From a virus (Duplodnaviria > Caudoviricetes): a stretch of 64,000 nt of DNA. This document shows, piece by piece, positions 8,708 to 17,146 of the stretch. Positions within the stretch are counted from its first letter, which is position 1, and each line of letters starts with the position of its first letter. A program made the translations under genes and the position numbers. The stretch is taken from IMG/VR virus record IMGVR_UViG_3300036821_000136, positions 44,247-108,246 of that record. One strand, 5' to 3'. The notes below the pieces were generated by a model that searched no databases, was not told the origin of the DNA, and saw only the letters and a list, made by a program, of their open reading frames with translations.

Positions 8708-9932
8708 CGGCCGCCTCCCCCGCCCGGGCCCGCCGCCACGCCAGCGCCAGCACCGCCCCGGCCGCGCTGCCGCCGACGGCGAACCACGCGATGACCAGCG
8801 CCGGGCTGACCCGCTGCGCGATCGCGCCCGCCGCCAGCACCGCGACCGCCTGGGCCAGGCTCATCGCCGCGCCGACGACCCCGTTCGCCTTGCCCCGGTG
8901 CTCGTCCGGGACCGCCATGATCATCGCCCCGGCCGCGGCCGGGATGAACCCGGTGAACAGGCCCGACACCGCCAGGATCACGACCGCGCCGGCCAGCACC
9001 GGCGGGCCCGCGAACGCGGTCAGCACCACGACCCCGGCCAGGGCGGTCACGGCGGCCAGCCGCATCCGCAGGTCCTCGCCGACGAACCGGGTGTAGACCA
9101 TCGGCCCGATCGTCGCGCCGACCGCGCCCGCCGCTAGCAGCACCCCGACCGTGCCCGCGCCGCCGCCCAGCTGGCGGCTGAGCGGCACCGACAGTCCCTC
9201 CGGGACGCCGTAGAAGCCGGTCAGGCAGAGCAGGCCCATCGCGGCGACGGCGACCGGGCGGGTGAACACGACCCGGACCCCGGCGAGCACCTGCGGCCTG
9301 GCCGGGCCGCCGCCGCCGGGCGCCGGGCGGGCCCGCAGGCCGAACCGGATCAGGGCGGCCGAGGCCAGGAACGAGGCGGCGTCGACGGCGATCGCGGCGC
9401 GCACCCCGAGCGCGGCGACGACCGCGCCGCCGGCGGCGAACCCGGCGAGCTGCGCCACCTGGTAGGTCGCCAGGGTGATGCCGTTGCCGACCTGGAACCG
9501 CCGCTCGCCGAGCACCGCGACGTTGGTCGCCATCCGCGCCGACAGGAACGGCTCGATCGCCAGCCCGACCGTGAACAGCAGCGCGATCAGCGCGGCGAGC
9601 GGCAGGCCGGGGATCAGCATGACCGCGACCAGCGCGGCGCACGCCAGGTCGGCGACGATCATGACCTGCCGCCTCGGCCAGTGGTCGGCGGTCCAGCCGA
9701 GCAGCAGCCCGCCGGCGAACATCGCCAGCGTGGTCAGCGCGAACGTCACCGCGGCGAGCAGCGGCGAGCCGGTGCGGCCGTAGACCAGCACCGCGACCGC
9801 GACGCGGGCGAACTGGTCGCCGCCGAACGAGACGAGCTGCGCGAGCCACACCGCCCGCCACTCGGAGACCGCGAACACCTCGCGGAACGTGACCGCGCCG
9901 GCCGCCTGCTGCTCGGCGGTGCCGGCGGTCAC
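8700..9932 (-). CDS. MFS transporter
   Basis: About 12 hydrophobic segments; motif A GWTADHWPRRQVM; GTGA overlap with the P450 stop. Confidence 0.9.
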   Translation of the reverse strand: MTAGTAEQQAAGAVTFREVFAVSEWRAVWLAQLVSFGGDQFARVAVAVLVYGRTGSPLLAAVTFALTTLAMFAGGLLLGWTADHWPRRQVMIVADLACAALVAVMLIPGLPLAALIALLFTVGLAIEPFLSARMATNVAVLGERRFQVGNGITLATYQVAQLAGFAAGGAVVAALGVRAAIAVDAASFLASAALIRFGLRARPAPGGGGPARPQVLAGVRVVFTRPVAVAAMGLLCLTGFYGVPEGLSVPLSRQLGGGAGTVGVLLAAGAVGATIGPMVYTRFVGEDLRMRLAAVTALAGVVVLTAFAGPPVLAGAVVILAVSGLFTGFIPAAAGAMIMAVPDEHRGKANGVVGAAMSLAQAVAVLAAGAIAQRVSPALVIAWFAVGGSAAGAVLALAWRRARAGEAAGA

Positions 9933-11095
9933 GGCTGCCGCCCCACGTAGGACATCCAGGCCACGGCAACGTTGTTGAACATGGTCAGCGGCGCCCGCCC
10001 GAACGGCAGGTCCCGGTCCCAGCGCAGCGACGACCACCGGTCGGTCGCGGCGTAGACCACGGTGCGGAGCTCCTGCAGGGCGAGCGGCTCGCCCAGGCAG
10101 CGGTGCGGCCCGGACGCGAACGCCGGGTGCTGCTGGCCCAGGCCGGGGCGGCGCGGGTCGAGCAGGCCGGGGTCGGGGAACCTGGCCGGGTCGCGGCCGG
10201 CTGACCACAGCGACCCGGTGACCATCTGGCCGGCCGGGATCTCCACGTCGCCGAACGTGACGGGCCGGGTGGTCACCGCCCCGATCGTCGGGAACGGCGG
10301 AGCGAGCCGCAGGCACTCGGCGATCGCGCCGTCGCGCAGCCCGGGGTCGGCGCGCAGCTCGTCCCAGCCGCCCCACTCGGCCAGCAGCAGCAGGGTGCTG
10401 GCGATCGCCGCGTGCGTCGTGTGGATCCCGGCGGCGACCAGCCCCCAGAGATACCCGATGATGTCCTCGTCGGACAGGTCGGCCCCGTCGACCTGGTAGC
10501 CGGCCGCCTGGGCGGCGATCAGCTCGTCGACGAGGCCGCCGGCCGGGCGGCGGCGGCGCTCGGCGAGCAGGTCGGCGAAGAACGCCGCCTTGTCGGTCTG
10601 CACGATGGTCTGGTGGACCGCGGCCGACCCGGCCGCGAACTCGGCCAGCCACGCGCCGAACTGCTTGTTCGCCGCCAGGTCGAGACCCATGATCTGGCAG
10701 ATCACCGCCCCGGGCAGCGGCGCCGCCAGCTCGGCGACGACCTCGAACGGGCCGCCGTGCCGCTCGATGTCATCCATGAGCTGGTCGGCCAGGGCGCGGA
10801 TCCCGGGCGCCAGGGCGGCCAGCGCGGTCCGGCTGAACGGGTCGCGGACCAGGCGCCGCAGGTCGTGGTGCCGCGGCCCGTCGGCGACCCACATCACGTG
10901 GTCGTTGGGCTCCCTCGAGCGGGGGTCGGCGAACCCCTGGGAGAAGCACACGGCGTCCCGGGCGAGCCGGTCGACGTCGTCGTAGCTGAACACCTGCCAG
11001 CTGCGGCGGTCCGGGTCGTAGAACGGCCTGGTGCCGGCGTCGAGGGGCAGCCCTGGCGGGCCGAGCAGTCGCTGATCGGGCAGTACGGGGGTCAT
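9929..11095 (-). CDS. cytochrome P450
   Basis: Haem motif FASGPHRCLG, ExxR (ECLR), I-helix AAGIHTT, RDPARFPDP. Confidence 0.95.
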   Translation of the reverse strand: MTPVLPDQRLLGPPGLPLDAGTRPFYDPDRRSWQVFSYDDVDRLARDAVCFSQGFADPRSREPNDHVMWVADGPRHHDLRRLVRDPFSRTALAALAPGIRALADQLMDDIERHGGPFEVVAELAAPLPGAVICQIMGLDLAANKQFGAWLAEFAAGSAAVHQTIVQTDKAAFFADLLAERRRRPAGGLVDELIAAQAAGYQVDGADLSDEDIIGYLWGLVAAGIHTTHAAIASTLLLLAEWGGWDELRADPGLRDGAIAECLRLAPPFPTIGAVTTRPVTFGDVEIPAGQMVTGSLWSAGRDPARFPDPGLLDPRRPGLGQQHPAFASGPHRCLGEPLALQELRTVVYAATDRWSSLRWDRDLPFGRAPLTMFNNVAVAWMSYVGRQP

Positions 11096-11196
11096 GGCGT
11101 GTGCGCCGCCTTCCGGTAGGAGTCTGGGCAGCAGCACTCTAACAGGCGGTAACCGGATCGTTCCGCAGCGCAACGACGCGATTCGCGATTCGCGAT

Positions 11197-11556
11197 TCAC
11201 CAAACGCTAAAGGGCCCGGGCGGCGCTGCCGCCGGGGCCCTGCCGATAGCCAATCCTCCTTTCCCGGGCGATGCTAACGCGGCGTCGCCGGGGTCGTCCG
11301 GCTCTTCGCGGCCGACGGCGCGGCGCAGCGGGTGGTGCCGGCCGTACAGCCGGGTGACCCGCAGGTCGCCGTCGTCGCCGGCGATCTTGCGCGCCTTGCG
11401 GCGGGCGGCCAGCCGGGTCGAGGCGTGCACGCCGAACGTCATCACCCGCGGCGCGCTGCCCAGCAGGATCAGCGTGCCGTCACGGTCGATCGCCACGACC
11501 GGCGCGGGGCCGGGCCAGGTGACGCGCACCTGCCAGTTCCTCGTCCGGGGCATCAC
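11197..11556 (-). CDS. hypothetical protein; coding signal ends at in-frame TTA 11275-11277
   Basis: GTGA overlap; GC3 falls after the TTA codon. Confidence 0.65.
   Translation of the reverse strand: MMPRTRNWQVRVTWPGPAPVVAIDRDGTLILLGSAPRVMTFGVHASTRLAARRKARKIAGDDGDLRVTRLYGRHHPLRRAVGREEPDDPGDAALASPGKGGLAIGRAPAAAPPGPFSVW
11209..11241 (-). terminator. intrinsic terminator upstream of the P450 operon
   Basis: AGGGCCCCGGCGGC-AGC-GCCGCCCGGGCCCT followed by TT. Confidence 0.6.
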
Positions 11557-11711
11557 ACGTCCTCGGGATGGGCACCGGCGGCGAGGCCCTGCAGGTACTT
11601 CTCGCCCTCCAGGTCGCGCAGGATGCCGAGCGCCGCCGCCGAGCTGGCGGCCAGCTCGGGGCAGAGCGCGATCAGCGCGGCCAGGGCGTCGTCGGCGGTC
11701 TCGATGTACAT
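11553..11711 (-). CDS. small hypothetical protein (MYIETADD...)
   Basis: TGATG overlap. Confidence 0.65.
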   Translation of the reverse strand: MYIETADDALAALIALCPELAASSAAALGILRDLEGEKYLQGLAAGAHPEDV

Positions 11712-11827
11712 CAGTTGACCGCCCGGGCGATCTGCTCGTCGGTCACCCAGGTCCGGCACCGGCACTGGCGCCGGCACATGGCGAACACGTAGGCGACCGG
11801 GGCCCGGCAGCGCAGGCACAGCATCAC
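11711..11827 (-). CDS. small Cys-rich protein
   Basis: AGGAGGG RBS; CLRC...C...CRC; 38 aa. Confidence 0.6.
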   Translation of the reverse strand: MMLCLRCRAPVAYVFAMCRRQCRCRTWVTDEQIARAVN

Positions 11828-11923
11828 GGCGTCCCTCCTGACCTGCCGCGTCACCGGCAGGGTTCTCGTTTTGCGACCCGGTTTGAGGCGCCCGGGCCGA
11901 CTTGTAATTTTTGTAACTGTGTT

Positions 11924-12229
11924 TCAGATATTGGCCGGCGGGGCGCCGTGCCGGGCGATCTGCGCGGCGACCATCTTGCGGCTGGCGGTCATCGCGTCCT
12001 GCAGCCGGGCCTCGGCCCGGGCGCCGGAGAACTGGCTGGTGACGCGGGTCGACCGGTCGACGCCGCCGGCGGCGGTGAGCAGGTACTGGACGACGTAGAA
12101 CTCGGGCAGGGTGTGGCCCTCGCGGACGTGCCGGTAGACGCGCAGGCGGAAGATCCGGCCGTCGTCGGCGTAGCAGGTCAGCGTCTCGACGTCGGTGGTG
12201 CGGCGGCGGGGGATCCGGTGGTTGGCCAT
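11924..12229 (-). CDS. hypothetical protein
   Basis: Starts 1 nt after the upstream gene; high GC3. Confidence 0.7.
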   Translation of the reverse strand: MANHRIPRRRTTDVETLTCYADDGRIFRLRVYRHVREGHTLPEFYVVQYLLTAAGGVDRSTRVTSQFSGARAEARLQDAMTASRKMVAAQIARHGAPPANI

Positions 12230-12230
12230 G

Positions 12231-12542
12231 TCAGGCGCCGTCGTCGCAGGACCGGCAGAGCCGGTCGTAGTCGCTCATCCGCGCGTCGTCGTCGCAGACC
12301 GGGCGGCCGCAGCCGACGCACAGGCCGTCGGCCGGGCCGCTGCACAGGTGGCACGACTCCGCGGCGTGGGCCAGGACGGCGGCCAGGTTGGCGACCGGGA
12401 AGGTGCCGTCGGCGGTGCGGACGGCGACCAGGTAGCCGCTGGCGTCCTTGCCGTAGGCGAGCACCGGGGGCCCGTTCAGCCGGCCGCCGGTGGCGGCGAT
12501 CCAGGTGACTGCCCACGCGGTGTCGGTGGTGTCGGTGGCCAT
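12231..12542 (-). CDS. hypothetical zinc-finger protein
   Basis: CTGAAGGAGAGAGA RBS; CHLC..CVGC..C..CRSC. Confidence 0.8.
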   Translation of the reverse strand: MATDTTDTAWAVTWIAATGGRLNGPPVLAYGKDASGYLVAVRTADGTFPVANLAAVLAHAAESCHLCSGPADGLCVGCGRPVCDDDARMSDYDRLCRSCDDGA

Positions 12543-12563
12543 GGGTCTCTCTCCTTCAGTTAC

Positions 12564-12590
12564 CGTGTTGCGTATATATACATGGTACCA
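12564..12590 (-). promoter_or_regulatory. early promoter/operator cassette copy 5
   Basis: TGG-TACCAT-GTATAT-ATAC-GCAACACG. Confidence 0.85.
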
Positions 12591-12626
12591 TACGTGGGGC
12601 GTCCCGGCGCCATCGTCCCTGGCCGG

Positions 12627-12653
12627 GGGTACCGTCTATATATGGGCAACACG
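12627..12653 (+). promoter_or_regulatory. early promoter/operator cassette copy 6 (starts leaderless uORF MGNTPA, 12642-12662)
   Basis: GGG-TACCGT-CTATAT-ATGG-GCAACACG. Confidence 0.8.
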
Positions 12654-12681
12654 CCCGCCTGACCGCCTGAAGGAGAGACCG

Positions 12682-13170
12682 ATGACCCACCACCCGCACG
12701 AGCCCGCCGCCAACCAGCTCGGCCCCGACCTGGAAGCCACCTCGACGACGCCGGCCTGGGTCGGCGCCCCCCGCCCGGCCCGCGGCGACTACACCGTCGG
12801 CTGGCGCATCGAGGTCGCCGCGGTCAGCCCGGAGCACGCCGCCAGCGCCGCCCTGGCCGCCCAGCGCGGCCGGGGATCGCGCGCCACCGTGTTCACCGTC
12901 TCCGACGGCTCCAGCACGTGGCGCGTCGACCTGACCGAGGGCACCACCGAGCTGCTGGCGGGCGGGCCGCCGGAGCCCGGCGGGCTACTGCACGTGTTCA
13001 CGCTGCGGATCCCGTCGGAGGCGGTGACCGACAGCCCGGCGGGGTGGGGGACGGCGCTGATCGGCCAGATCCGCCGGCTGATGGCCGACGCCGGGATCGG
13101 CGACTACGAGCTGTGGCTGTCGACCGTCGGGCGGGGCACCGTCGAGGACGTCGCTCCCGAGGACGTGTGA
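12682..13170 (+). CDS. hypothetical protein
   Basis: CTGAAGGAGAGACCG RBS. Confidence 0.75.
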   Translation: MTHHPHEPAANQLGPDLEATSTTPAWVGAPRPARGDYTVGWRIEVAAVSPEHAASAALAAQRGRGSRATVFTVSDGSSTWRVDLTEGTTELLAGGPPEPGGLLHVFTLRIPSEAVTDSPAGWGTALIGQIRRLMADAGIGDYELWLSTVGRGTVEDVAPEDV

Positions 13171-13212
13171 CCGGCGTCCCGCCACCGGGCTACCCCCGCC
13201 CGCCCGCGCCGG

Positions 13213-13239
13213 GGGTACCATGTATATATAAGCAACACG
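13213..13239 (+). promoter_or_regulatory. early promoter/operator cassette copy 7
   Basis: GGG-TACCAT-GTATAT-ATAA-GCAACACG. Confidence 0.85.
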
Positions 13240-13262
13240 GCCACTGAAGGAGAGACACCACC

Positions 13263-13799
13263 ATGATCGACACCGCCGCCCTCCCGCTTGAGGACCGGTA
13301 CGCCCGCTACGCCGCCAACGAGGCCGCCCTCCGCGCCGTCGACGACGTCGTGGTCCTGCTCGGCGACAAGACCCCCGGCAGGCTGTACACCATCGTCAAG
13401 ACCAACCCGACCACGCTGATCCTCGCGCCCGCCGACGGCGGCCTGCAGGTCAAGGCGCACCGGTCGCTGGTCGAGGACGCGCCCGCCGGATCGGCCGCCA
13501 AGGTCGCCGCCGCCGCCGCGACCGTCCTGCCGCACCAGCCGCTCGGCGCGCTGGTCCGCCTCAAGGCCACCGCCCCGCCCGCCGGCGGGATCAACCCCGG
13601 CGAGGTCTGCGTCGTGATCATCGACAAGGGTGACCGCGTCCACGTCGCCAAGATCGGCGGCGTGCAGACCGCCCGCGGCGACGCCTACGCCCGCCCGCCC
13701 CGCGCGCTGGTCGAGGCCGTCAGCCCCGGCGACGTGCTGGTGCCCGCCGAGGTCAAGCCGGTCGCCGGCGCCCGCCCGTCACGCGGCCGGAGGTCATGA
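13263..13799 (+). CDS. hypothetical protein with possible SH3-like barrels
   Basis: RBS present; N-terminal domain paralogous to the C-terminus of 17135-17677. Confidence 0.8.
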   Translation: MIDTAALPLEDRYARYAANEAALRAVDDVVVLLGDKTPGRLYTIVKTNPTTLILAPADGGLQVKAHRSLVEDAPAGSAAKVAAAAATVLPHQPLGALVRLKATAPPAGGINPGEVCVVIIDKGDRVHVAKIGGVQTARGDAYARPPRALVEAVSPGDVLVPAEVKPVAGARPSRGRRS

Positions 13800-14509
13800 T
13801 GCAGTACCGGTTCACGTGCGCCCAGCACAACGTGGTGCTGGGCGGCTGCCCCGAGTTCTACCCCGCCGCCGAGGACGCGGCCGGCGGGGTCGCCGAGTGG
13901 GTCATCGACCTGTCCGACATGTCGTGCAGCGCCGACGACGCCTCCGACAACGGCAGCGGCTGCTCCGCCACCTGGCAGATCACCGCCGCCGGGGTCAGCC
14001 TCGCCGCGTTCACCCCCGCCGAGACGGCCGGGCTGTCCGACGCGCTCGCCGTCGCCGAGAACGCCGACGAGCACCTGACCCGCGACCAGCTCGCCGCGGC
14101 CGCCAAGCTCGACGCGGCGTTCGCGGCGGCCCCCGGGCCGCCCGCCGACCGCTACCCGGCGCCCGACCCCGCCGGCACCGACTGGGACGCCTACCCGCCG
14201 CTGAGCGACGAGACCGCCTGCCTGGTCATGCAGGAGATCCTGGTCGACACCGAGTTCCTGTGGCTGACGGCGGTCAACCCGCCCAGCGGCGAGCGCGCCG
14301 AGGTCACCATCGTCGACGCGGTCACCACGTTCGCGGGCAACTGCTGGGACGACCAGCACGACGGCGGCGCCCACCGGCAGAACCTGATCGACGCCAACCG
14401 GCTGCTGGGCTGGCTGGACCGCCCCGACCTGCGCGACGACTACAACGACGTGCACAGCCTGGTCGGCGACGACGTGCCCGAGCCCGAGCGCTGGGCGAGC
14501 CGGCCATGA
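13796..14509 (+). CDS. acidic hypothetical protein
   Basis: GGAGG RBS, ATGA overlap. Confidence 0.8.
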   Translation: MMQYRFTCAQHNVVLGGCPEFYPAAEDAAGGVAEWVIDLSDMSCSADDASDNGSGCSATWQITAAGVSLAAFTPAETAGLSDALAVAENADEHLTRDQLAAAAKLDAAFAAAPGPPADRYPAPDPAGTDWDAYPPLSDETACLVMQEILVDTEFLWLTAVNPPSGERAEVTIVDAVTTFAGNCWDDQHDGGAHRQNLIDANRLLGWLDRPDLRDDYNDVHSLVGDDVPEPERWASRP

Positions 14510-14703
14510 GGGCGGGCGTGTCGAGCAGCGGCCGCTGGTGGGTCAGCATGGGCCCCGTCGGCTGGCTGATCTACGCGGTCTGCTGGCTGGCCGGGGCGAT
14601 ACTGATCATCGCCGCCCGGCTGGTCTGGGCGCTGGCGCTGGGGGTCGCCTGGCTCGCCCGCGCCGGCTGGCGCGCCGCGACCACGAGAGGACAAGACCGA
14701 TGA
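14506..14703 (+). CDS. small membrane protein
   Basis: ATGA overlap; long hydrophobic segment. Confidence 0.7.
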   Translation: MRAGVSSSGRWWVSMGPVGWLIYAVCWLAGAILIIAARLVWALALGVAWLARAGWRAATTRGQDR

Positions 14704-15236
14704 CCCGCGCCTACGACACGATGCCGGGCGTCCCGGCCGCCGGCCACATCGCCGGCGGCGCCTGGCACCCCGGCCCCTCCCACCACTGCACCAAGTGCGA
14801 GCCGCCGCCGCGCCCGGGCACCGCCGACGCGGCCCGCTGGTACCTGCAGCGCGACCTGTCCTACGGCCTGGCCGCCGACGCCACGATCGCCGACGCCCGC
14901 CGGTACAACGGCCGCTACGTCTACACCCCCGACGGCTGCGCGTGGGTGCTCGCCGCCCGCGCCACCGGGCGGCTGGTCTGGTCGTTCGGCCGGGCGACCC
15001 GCGCCGAGCAGCACCTGGCCCACGACCGGCGCACGCCGACGGCGACCCGCGTGGACCCCGACGCGGTCCACGCCGGCGACCGGATCGCCTGGGGCACCGC
15101 GCGGGGCGGGCGCCTGGCCGGCTCCGGTACGGTCGAGTTCGCCACCGCCGAGGCGGTGCACGTGATCAGCGGCGCCGGCTACCACTACCCGATCGCCTGG
15201 ACCAGGGTCACCGGCCACTGGCCGGCGGCCGCCTGA
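14700..15236 (+). CDS. hypothetical protein
   Basis: ATGA overlap; GAGG RBS. Confidence 0.75.
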   Translation: MTRAYDTMPGVPAAGHIAGGAWHPGPSHHCTKCEPPPRPGTADAARWYLQRDLSYGLAADATIADARRYNGRYVYTPDGCAWVLAARATGRLVWSFGRATRAEQHLAHDRRTPTATRVDPDAVHAGDRIAWGTARGGRLAGSGTVEFATAEAVHVISGAGYHYPIAWTRVTGHWPAAA

Positions 15237-15247
15237 AGGAGAGAGAC

Positions 15248-15661
15248 ATGACCGACACCGCCGCGGCGATGCGCCGCCCCAGGATGCGCCGCGCCCTGCT
15301 CGCGCACCTGTTCGACAACCACGGGGTCATGCTGACCCGCGCCGACTCCGCCCGCGAGTCGCTGGGCCAGCTCGCCGAGATGGACCCGTGCGGCGCCGCG
15401 CCGCCGCTGGGCGACGCCGACCTCGGCTACGACGCCGACGGCTGGCGGGTCCGCCGGTCGGGCGGGACGGACTTCCGGGTCACCGACTGCTGCGCCAAGG
15501 ACGCCACCACCGCCGACGGCGACGACGAGGGCACCATCGTGTGCCGCCGCTGCAAGCAGCCGGCCGGCGAGTCGCTCGCGCTGCCCCCGATGCTGCCCTA
15601 CCTGGCGCCGGACGGTCACGTGCTGGTCCGGGCCGACACCGCGAAGGAGAGAGACCGGTGA
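15248..15661 (+). CDS. hypothetical protein with TDCC...CRRC motif
   Basis: TGAAGGAGAGAGAC RBS overlapping the previous stop. Confidence 0.75.
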   Translation: MTDTAAAMRRPRMRRALLAHLFDNHGVMLTRADSARESLGQLAEMDPCGAAPPLGDADLGYDADGWRVRRSGGTDFRVTDCCAKDATTADGDDEGTIVCRRCKQPAGESLALPPMLPYLAPDGHVLVRADTAKERDR

Positions 15662-15867
15662 GCGGCTTCTACGCGATCCGGCAGGCCCGCACGCGGGTGA
15701 TCGGGTCGCGGCTGATGACCCGCGAGCAGGCCGACCGGGAGGTCGCGGTGTGGGCGGCCGAGATCGGCCCGGCCCGCGTGCTGCCCGCCACCCCCGACCT
15801 GGCGCACGCGGTGCGCTACTACGACCAGGCCATCCTGGTGCCCGCGCTGAAGGGCGAGCCCTGGTGA
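15658..15867 (+). CDS. hypothetical protein
   Basis: GAAGGAGAGAGACC RBS, GTGA overlap. Confidence 0.7.
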   Translation: MSGFYAIRQARTRVIGSRLMTREQADREVAVWAAEIGPARVLPATPDLAHAVRYYDQAILVPALKGEPW

Positions 15868-16127
15868 CCGATGCCAGCGGCAGGCGCCGCCCGAAGTTCC
15901 GCAGCGCGGGGTCACCCGACCGGCTGACCGGCACGGTGACCCGCTGGGACCCCGGCGCCAGCTACGGGATGATCACCGGCGACGACGGCGGCAGCTACTT
16001 CCTGTCCGCCGCCGACCTGCCGCGCGGCCGCGAGAGCCTGGCCGTGGGGACCGCCGTCACCTTCACCAGCGGCGCCCCGGCACCCGGCAAGCGGTACCCG
16101 CGCGCCCGCCAGGCCCGGCCCGCATGA
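15864..16127 (+). CDS. cold-shock domain protein
   Basis: TGTVTRWD..SYGMI..DDG..YFL...L..G..V.F. Confidence 0.75.
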   Translation: MTDASGRRRPKFRSAGSPDRLTGTVTRWDPGASYGMITGDDGGSYFLSAADLPRGRESLAVGTAVTFTSGAPAPGKRYPRARQARPA

Positions 16128-16342
16128 TCACCGGCTACCAGGCCGGGACGGCCCGGCCGGAGCCGTGGCTGCCCGCCGGCCGGCACGCGGTCGCGGTGGT
16201 GCGGCTGGCGCACGGCGTCGAGCGGCCCGAGCCGGCCGCGGTGTGCGGCACGTGGATCGAGCACGCCAAGCCGGGCGGGCCGCTGGTGATCTCCTGCCCG
16301 GCCTGCGCGCGGGTCCTGGGCGCGCTACGGGCTACTCAGTAG
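16124..16342 (+). CDS. hypothetical zinc-finger protein
   Basis: ATGA overlap; H...VCG...CPAC. Confidence 0.65.
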   Translation: MITGYQAGTARPEPWLPAGRHAVAVVRLAHGVERPEPAAVCGTWIEHAKPGGPLVISCPACARVLGALRATQ

Positions 16343-16354
16343 CAGGCGAGCGGC

Positions 16355-16373
16355 CGTAGCCCGGCGGGCCACG
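16355..16373. repeat. 19-bp palindrome copy
   Basis: CGTAGCCCGGCGGGCCACG after the operon end. Confidence 0.7.
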
Positions 16374-16418
16374 GGACCGGGGTCACGGCCGCCCGGGGCG
16401 CCACCGGGCGGCCCCATG

Positions 16419-16445
16419 CCGTATTATGGATATATGAGGAACACG
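16419..16445 (+). promoter_or_regulatory. early promoter/operator cassette copy 8
   Basis: CCG-TATTAT-GGATAT-ATGA-GGAACACG. Confidence 0.75.
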
Positions 16446-16712
16446 ACAGACACCATGACCGCCCGGCACTGCTCGGGCTGCGCCCAGGTCGACCCCATCG
16501 ACGACGGCGACGGCTACACCGACTGCTGCAACGAGTGGATCTGCGACGGCAACGGCGCCGACCGGTGGACCGTCGGGACCCTCACGTTCGACGAGGCCGG
16601 CCGCGAGGTCCGCACCGTCACCGGCGAGCTGCTCGCCTGCTGCGGCGGCCAGGCCGACAAGCTGGCCGCCGCCCAGGCCCCCGGCCGCATCGCGCTGTGC
16701 CGCGCGCTCTGA
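16434..16712 (+). CDS. leaderless Cys-rich hypothetical protein
   Basis: ATG at the predicted +1 (MRNTT...). Confidence 0.75.
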   Translation: MRNTTDTMTARHCSGCAQVDPIDDGDGYTDCCNEWICDGNGADRWTVGTLTFDEAGREVRTVTGELLACCGGQADKLAAAQAPGRIALCRAL

Positions 16713-16738
16713 CACCACCACCTGAAGGAGAGACCGAC

Positions 16739-17062
16739 ATGACGACCCCCGACACCAGCCGGACCCACCGGTTCCCGCCGACCGGCTGCGTCAACCAATG
16801 GGCCGCCGACCACGACCACGCCGACTGCTGGGCCGCCTTCCTGGCCTTCCACGAAGCGCCGGCCGGGCTGGGCATCGACGAGTTCTACCGCTGGCTGGAG
16901 ACGACCCCGCACGCCGCCGACATCACCCCCGACGGCGATGGGTTCCTGGTGACCTGCCGCCGCGGCTGCGCGCTGGGCACCAGCGCGCGCCAGAGCGACC
17001 GGGCGGGCGCCGGCCGGCGGGTCCGGCAGCACCGGATCTGCACGACTCCGCTGACCGCCTGA
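16739..17062 (+). CDS. hypothetical protein
   Basis: CTGAAGGAGAGACC RBS. Confidence 0.75.
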   Translation: MTTPDTSRTHRFPPTGCVNQWAADHDHADCWAAFLAFHEAPAGLGIDEFYRWLETTPHAADITPDGDGFLVTCRRGCALGTSARQSDRAGAGRRVRQHRICTTPLTA

Positions 17063-17080
17063 GTGTGCCCGACGGCACAC
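17063..17080. promoter_or_regulatory. inverted-repeat site GTGTGCC-CGAC-GGCACAC
   Basis: Ends 43 bp before the -10. Confidence 0.65.
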
Positions 17081-17119
17081 CGGCCGGGTACCGGCCAGGG
17101 CGAGTTCCGGCGCCCCGGC

Positions 17120-17146
17120 TGGTACTATGTATATATGAGCAACACG
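17120..17146 (+). promoter_or_regulatory. early promoter/operator cassette copy 9
   Basis: TGG-TACTAT-GTATAT-ATGA-GCAACACG. Confidence 0.85.

Noticed and set aside
792-17146. Cassette repeats as a CRISPR array or integron attC sites
   Set aside because: Spacing is irregular (0.04-7 kb), both orientations occur, each copy contains a -10 element, and no cas genes or attC-like hairpins are seen
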